Assembly: GCA_002269645.1 (NCBI GenBank)
Contig: NIVC01000616.1
Location: forward strand, 446,636-510,635
From: Macrostomum lignano
Taxonomy: Eukaryota
DNA length: 64,000 nt
Direction: 5' to 3'
In this document: piece by piece, positions 59,401-64,000 of the stretch
Layout: the number at the start of each line of letters is the position of its first letter
Numbering within the stretch: the first letter of the stretch is position 1
The notes under the pieces: model-generated
What the model saw: the letters and a program-made list of their open reading frames with translations, nothing else
The model's database searches: none
What the model was told of the DNA's origin: nothing
Translations under genes and position numbers: made by a program

Positions 59401-61567
59401 AGGATCGACAAAGCCTCTTTGGATGTAAACTGTACATGGAATTGAACATTCGTCTGTGGTTGAAATCGAATGTGTTTTGCTGAAATTGAATGCAGATTGC
59501 CGAAATTGAGTGCAAAATCTGCACGCGTCAATAAAGTTTACCCATAGACGAGCAGACAAGTTTGAGACAAAATTGAATTGAATGCAGTTCGCTGAATGTG
59601 GTTCGCTGATATGGAATGCGAGCATGCTTAAATTGAATGAAGATTTGGTTGGCTAATTTAGATTGCCGATTTTGAATGCCAGCTTGCTGAAATTGAATGC
59701 CGACTTTGGTTGAAATTGAATGAAAAAAGGTGTAGTGCCCTTTCGTAGTCTATGAATTTGCATCGACGTTCAGAAAAAAAGAAATATATATATTGATTAA
59801 AAGACGCACCCATTTTGCAGCACCGGAAGCACTTGGTAGTTATGATATTGATTAGCCAGCTGCTCGCATGTCATGCCTTGGTGATCTTGATGACTTGGGT
59901 CTGCTCCTTCGTTTATCAGAACCTTGGCAGATAAAACATGGCCCGCTATGCACGCTCGAGACAGAGCCGTCCGACCTTGGCCATCTGCAGCCCTCACAGA
60001 CGCACCGTGAAGTAACAATTCATTGATGACGTCGTGCTGACCCGCATCTGCTGCCAGCATTAAAGCGGTTGCTCCTGTGCTATTCTGCTGATCGACATGC
60101 GTGTCGCTATAGTATTGGCTTCTGATTATCGTGAGTGCCAGTGCGACAAGACTGTGCGTGATGGACAGGCAGAGCAGTTGAGCGATGCGAACGGCATGCA
60201 TTTTAGACAGCGTATATCGTAAAACTGAATCGTCACCAGGAATCTCCAGGTGCTGAGAGAGCAGCTTCAGCAGTGGAGAGTTGCGGAGCAGCCAGTCAGC
60301 TGGAATGGCTGCCACTGCTGTTCCGTCCGAGCTTGAGGAATAAAGATCGGAACTGACCCCGACTCCGGCTTTTGAAGCAGTGGACACAAGAAACTCGTTG
60401 AGTCTGCGGATATCCATCTTTTCTGCAACAGTCTCCGTCGCGGACCTCCAGTACTCGTCTTTCAGCAACATGCTGGAAGGAATATACTTGCCGACAGTCG
60501 CGACAACATCCCAGTTTTTCGTATCTGCTGCAGCCCCTGCAGTTATCATGCAGCTACTTTCGAGAATGCTTTGATCGTCAATGATCTCAATGAAAGTTTT
60601 CACTTCATTCCATTCGTTTCTGTCTGCAAGGATTTCTACTGCTTTCAGGCAGCACTGATCCCTCATGTTTTTGTCTTCAATGGTTAGAGCCAGAAAAACC
60701 AGATCTTCGCACTGAGCAGATGAATGTGCTAAGTCTGCAAGCTTCATGCAGCACAGATACCTGCGACTGGGGTCAGCGATCAGCTCAACTAGAGACTTCG
60801 CGATATCCCAACTGCCAGATAATACAAAGGATTCAGCAAAATCGATGCATTTTTTATCTCTAAGTGCTGGATTAGAAATATTTCTTAAAAGCGAAGTAGC
60901 TGCTTCCAAGCAATTGGATGCAGCAGATTGCTCTGCATAGGAGATGCAGAAAGAATCCCGGCCGTCCGAATCAGAAATCATCTGCCCAAGAGAGGCCACA
61001 CAGTTCATATTGCCATGGCTGGACGCAGATTCTGCAGCGTCCATGCAGTATTGATCTTTGAGTTGCCCATCGCTAATTGTACCTGCTAGAAAAATAATGA
61101 GCTCATGGTTAAAAAGATCGTTATTTGCAAGTGCAGGAGCGTCTTCAAAAGTTTCGTCTGTTGTGCCAGCGTTTTCCGAAACGGCCTTTATGTAAGATGA
61201 ACAGAAGTCATCTCGCAGTTGTTCGTCAGAGATGCTTTGCACCAAAAAAGTCACAACATTCCAGTGCTGATTTCCTGCAGCGATCCAGGCTGCTTCCGCA
61301 CAACAACTAACTTTACTGCTTTCGTCGAAAAAGAATTCCATCAGAGCAGCGACAACTTCTCCGTGGCCATTGGCTGCTGCAGGCTGCAGCTTTTGTCGCC
61401 TCCGTGCAACACTTGTCCGAGCTGTCTCTGTCCGAAATCTTTTGCAAATATTTTTCCAGATCTTCTCTTGTACCACTGGCAGCAGCTTTGACTGCATTTT
61501 CTGCTGCATTCTTCTCCAAAATATCTTCTATTTTGCTTTCCAGGAAGTTTCGAGCACGATTGAACAT
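56445..61567 (-). CDS. Helical-repeat/ankyrin - Mab-21/cGAS-like nucleotidyltransferase (cGLR-type) fusion, about 1150 aa. Exons about 61567-59810, 58318-57978, 57817-56445; frameshifting 7-bp duplication at 61376-61389
   Basis: Ankyrin repeats (TGATALMLAADAGQHDVINELLLHGA, QGRTALSRACIAGHVLSAKVLINEGAD); NTase exon MTGSYREGW...SDIDW; Mab-21 C-domain ELRVSFSFHEKEIL...LKTYHAKTLLLFMLE...CMPHFFMPDAPL. Phase-2 donor AATGG|GTGCGT joins TTTAG|A, and phase-1 donor TCGG|GTAAGT joins TTTCAG|GC, giving one continuous frame. Confidence 0.8.
58800..59732 (-). mobile_element. Internally deleted Tc1/mariner-type DNA transposon in the ANK-NTase intron
   Basis: About 260-bp near-perfect TIRs (58800-59056, about 59475-59732) with TA on both sides; an internal 59-aa ORF (59337-59158) reads ...RGPNARVSDRDRARLIDAHETGQDYLQLAELMNIN, resembling a transposase N-terminal HTH. 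Confidence 0.8.
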
Positions 61568-62297
61568 AATTATATGCGTGAAAAACTTACTTGACGCAGT
61601 TTTCTTAATTGGCAAGGTATTTCGTTGAAACCATTTATTTGCTGTGAATTCGAAGATTATCGTTTGTAGCTCGTAATGCTTTAAACACTTACAGACTCGC
61701 TGTGCTAAGATAAGTTAATGCTTAGGGCATAAAATCCAGACCAGCTAGCTATCGGAAACAAAATTCCAGCAGTCTTAGTTAAAATAATTAGTTACCAGGG
61801 CAAATATATCGGCCAATCTTTTGCCCCTCCCCTCTCTCCACCAGTCTGCCACATGTAGTTAACTGGTGAGAGTTAGTGGAACCCGACTGCAGGAAATTCC
61901 GTGGAAATTCCATGGCTAGTTCAACTACTGGAGAGATCGGTGGCTATGTTAAAGATAGTAGTGCCAGGGGTGATCAGGTGTCGCCTACTGAGAAAAAGAG
62001 AGAGATAAAGTTTGGGGGACGGACGGACAGGTAGAGGGGTGCACAGGTGGCAGTCCCAATTGCCTAACATTTACAAGCCTAGCCTCCACTTGAGCACTCA
62101 TATATGAGGGAAACTATAGGTTTATGCAACTATAGGTTTATGCAAATACGTACTTGGAAGGTAGAAATCGATCGATCAGCGCATAGAACGAATAAAATAG
62201 TGGTGCTGCGCGTCCCTAAGTTAGACACAATCTGTTGCGTGGCACTGCAGGAAAATAGCATTGCGGGTGTTGTGTCGTGACAAGGGAGCCCTTGAAA

Positions 62298-62625
62298 GGG
62301 GCATCACAAATCCGAAAAATCACAACTCCGAAAAGCGCTTTCCATCATAAACCCGAAATATCATAAACCGGAAATATCACAAGCCCGAAATATCATAACT
62401 CCGAAATTGCTAGCAACGCACATCATATACCCGAAAAATCATAACTCTGAAATTTCTAGCAATGTCCAACACTATTTTGGTTTTCGGAGTTATGATATTT
62501 CGGGTTTGTGATATTTCGGGTTTTGAGATATTTCGGGTTTATGATATTTCGGGTTTATGATATTTCGGATTTATGATGGGAAGTGCATTCGGAGTTGTGA
62601 TTTTTCGGGTTTATGATGGCGACCC
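62298..62625. mobile_element. MITE with about 130-bp imperfect TIRs built of ATCATAAACCCGAAAT subrepeats (GGG...CCC ends, TTA on the right; PIF/Harbinger-like)
   Basis: The left arm GGGGCATCACAAATCCGAAAAATCACAACTCCG is the imperfect reverse complement of the right arm CGGAGTTGTGATTTTTCGGGTTTATGATGGCGACCC. Confidence 0.7.
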
Positions 62626-64000
62626 TTAAAATGACCGTTTTACTAAATATCAAGCTTAGTTTGAATAGGGTTATTTTTCTTACTACTCTACTGTAAGTAG
62701 GCGTCAACGTAAATGTTATGCAAATAATTAGTATTTTTTGCGTTGCCGAAATTATCGATCTTATAATAACTCATGCTTGAATGCAATATAAGCGCAGCTT
62801 GCTCGTCTTCCTAAGTGGAGCGCACCTTCCTCGAATTCTGGTTTGGCTAATTAATCGCGGCTTTCTGTGTTAGTCTATTGAGACACGACACCACAGCGGG
62901 CAGATGGTATAATTCGAGCCCGAAGCGACCGAAAATCACAGTTGATGATGAGTTCGTTTGCGGTGAATCGAGAACCCTTGATGCAGCGACTCCCAAACCA
63001 GTCTGAGGCTGCTTTAGTAACCGAAGTGAACTCGATTTCTTATTTTCCCTTTCTATGTACTGGTAAGATCGCAGTGTTATTTTGACTGGTGTGGACATCC
63101 GGTTACAATACGAGTAATATTAGAACCATTTGTTGGTAGGTGAAAGCATCCATACGGATATTGGAGTAGAAAAAAAACTTGCTGTGAGGTGAAATACTTG
63201 CAAGCGTTGTATGTACGTATCCAAATATTTATTGACTAATGACTGTAGGAACTGCTTTAAAATAGTGTGTTGCCAAAGAAGATATACATGTAGGTTAATT
63301 TTAAGTTTTACTTTTCACGCAATTTAATTGCTTAACTTAATAAACTTCCTTAACGCTTTTAAATCTTACTCAGTGTTCTTTTAACCTATGCATGCAACCT
63401 TTAACCTATGCTGTAATGTCACATGAAGACAAACTTTCGATCAACTTTCAAGTTCAAGTTCAACTTCGACACTTCTAGCTCCGTAAATGTAAATCGACAT
63501 TCATTTTAGACAAACCTATTTTCAATATCGACAGACCAGCACAGATTTGTATGAGGAAGAAAGCCTATATTTTGTTGGCATTGACAAAACTTCATTTTAG
63601 TTTTGTCAGACTCCAATTCATATCGACAATCTGCTGACGCAACTTCTATAAACTCGGATTCACTTTCGTCAAAACATTGATTCGTCTAAAATCGTCAATT
63701 TACGCTCACTTTAGCCAGGAGAACCTACGAAATGAGCACAGCTGGAATAAAATAAAATAAAGTTACAAAAAACAAGAAATTCTACTGTTGAGTAAATAAA
63801 TACTGTGGTAATCTTTTTTTTCAACACCTAAAAACTTACATTAAAAGTTTGAAGTTAAACAATTTTCACAATATTAGATTTAAAATCAAAATATTAATAA
63901 ATACCGTAATCAGCAAGAGTAATAAGCGAGAAATAGTAGAAGAATATATATCAGATAATCTCAGCTTTTTACAAATATATTACCATCCTTAAAGTTAGTT

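Noticed and set aside
62847-63098. 83-aa minus-strand ORF
   Set aside because: No recognisable motif or convincing splice context.

Overview
Eukaryotic, intron-rich genomic DNA with GC-rich exons. Most introns carry their own tandem-repeat array. The style and gene families suggest a free-living flatworm such as Macrostomum, but that assignment is inference only. Genes assembled by hand from splice sites and phases: REV1 (+, 5'-partial, with an apparent 1-nt frameshift in its C-terminal domain), an ELF/E74-type ETS factor (-) with two candidate alternative first exons, a complete 11-exon transglutaminase (-), FANCM (-) ending without an ERCC4/HhH module, and a small secreted WSC+PAN-like protein (-). 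The most interesting gene is a three-exon minus-strand gene (56445 to about 61567). It joins about ten 33-aa helical repeats and ankyrin repeats to a Mab-21/cGAS-like nucleotidyltransferase that retains its GS and DxD motifs, and a 7-bp duplication shifts its N-terminal frame. Mobile DNA: an intact, young Ty3/Gypsy element (LTRs, 5-bp TSD, PBS, PPT, single ORF), a Penelope-like GIY-YIG relic with a decayed hammerhead ribozyme, a decayed Gypsy relic, an internally deleted Tc1/mariner-type element and two MITEs. No rRNA, tRNA or CRISPR array was found.
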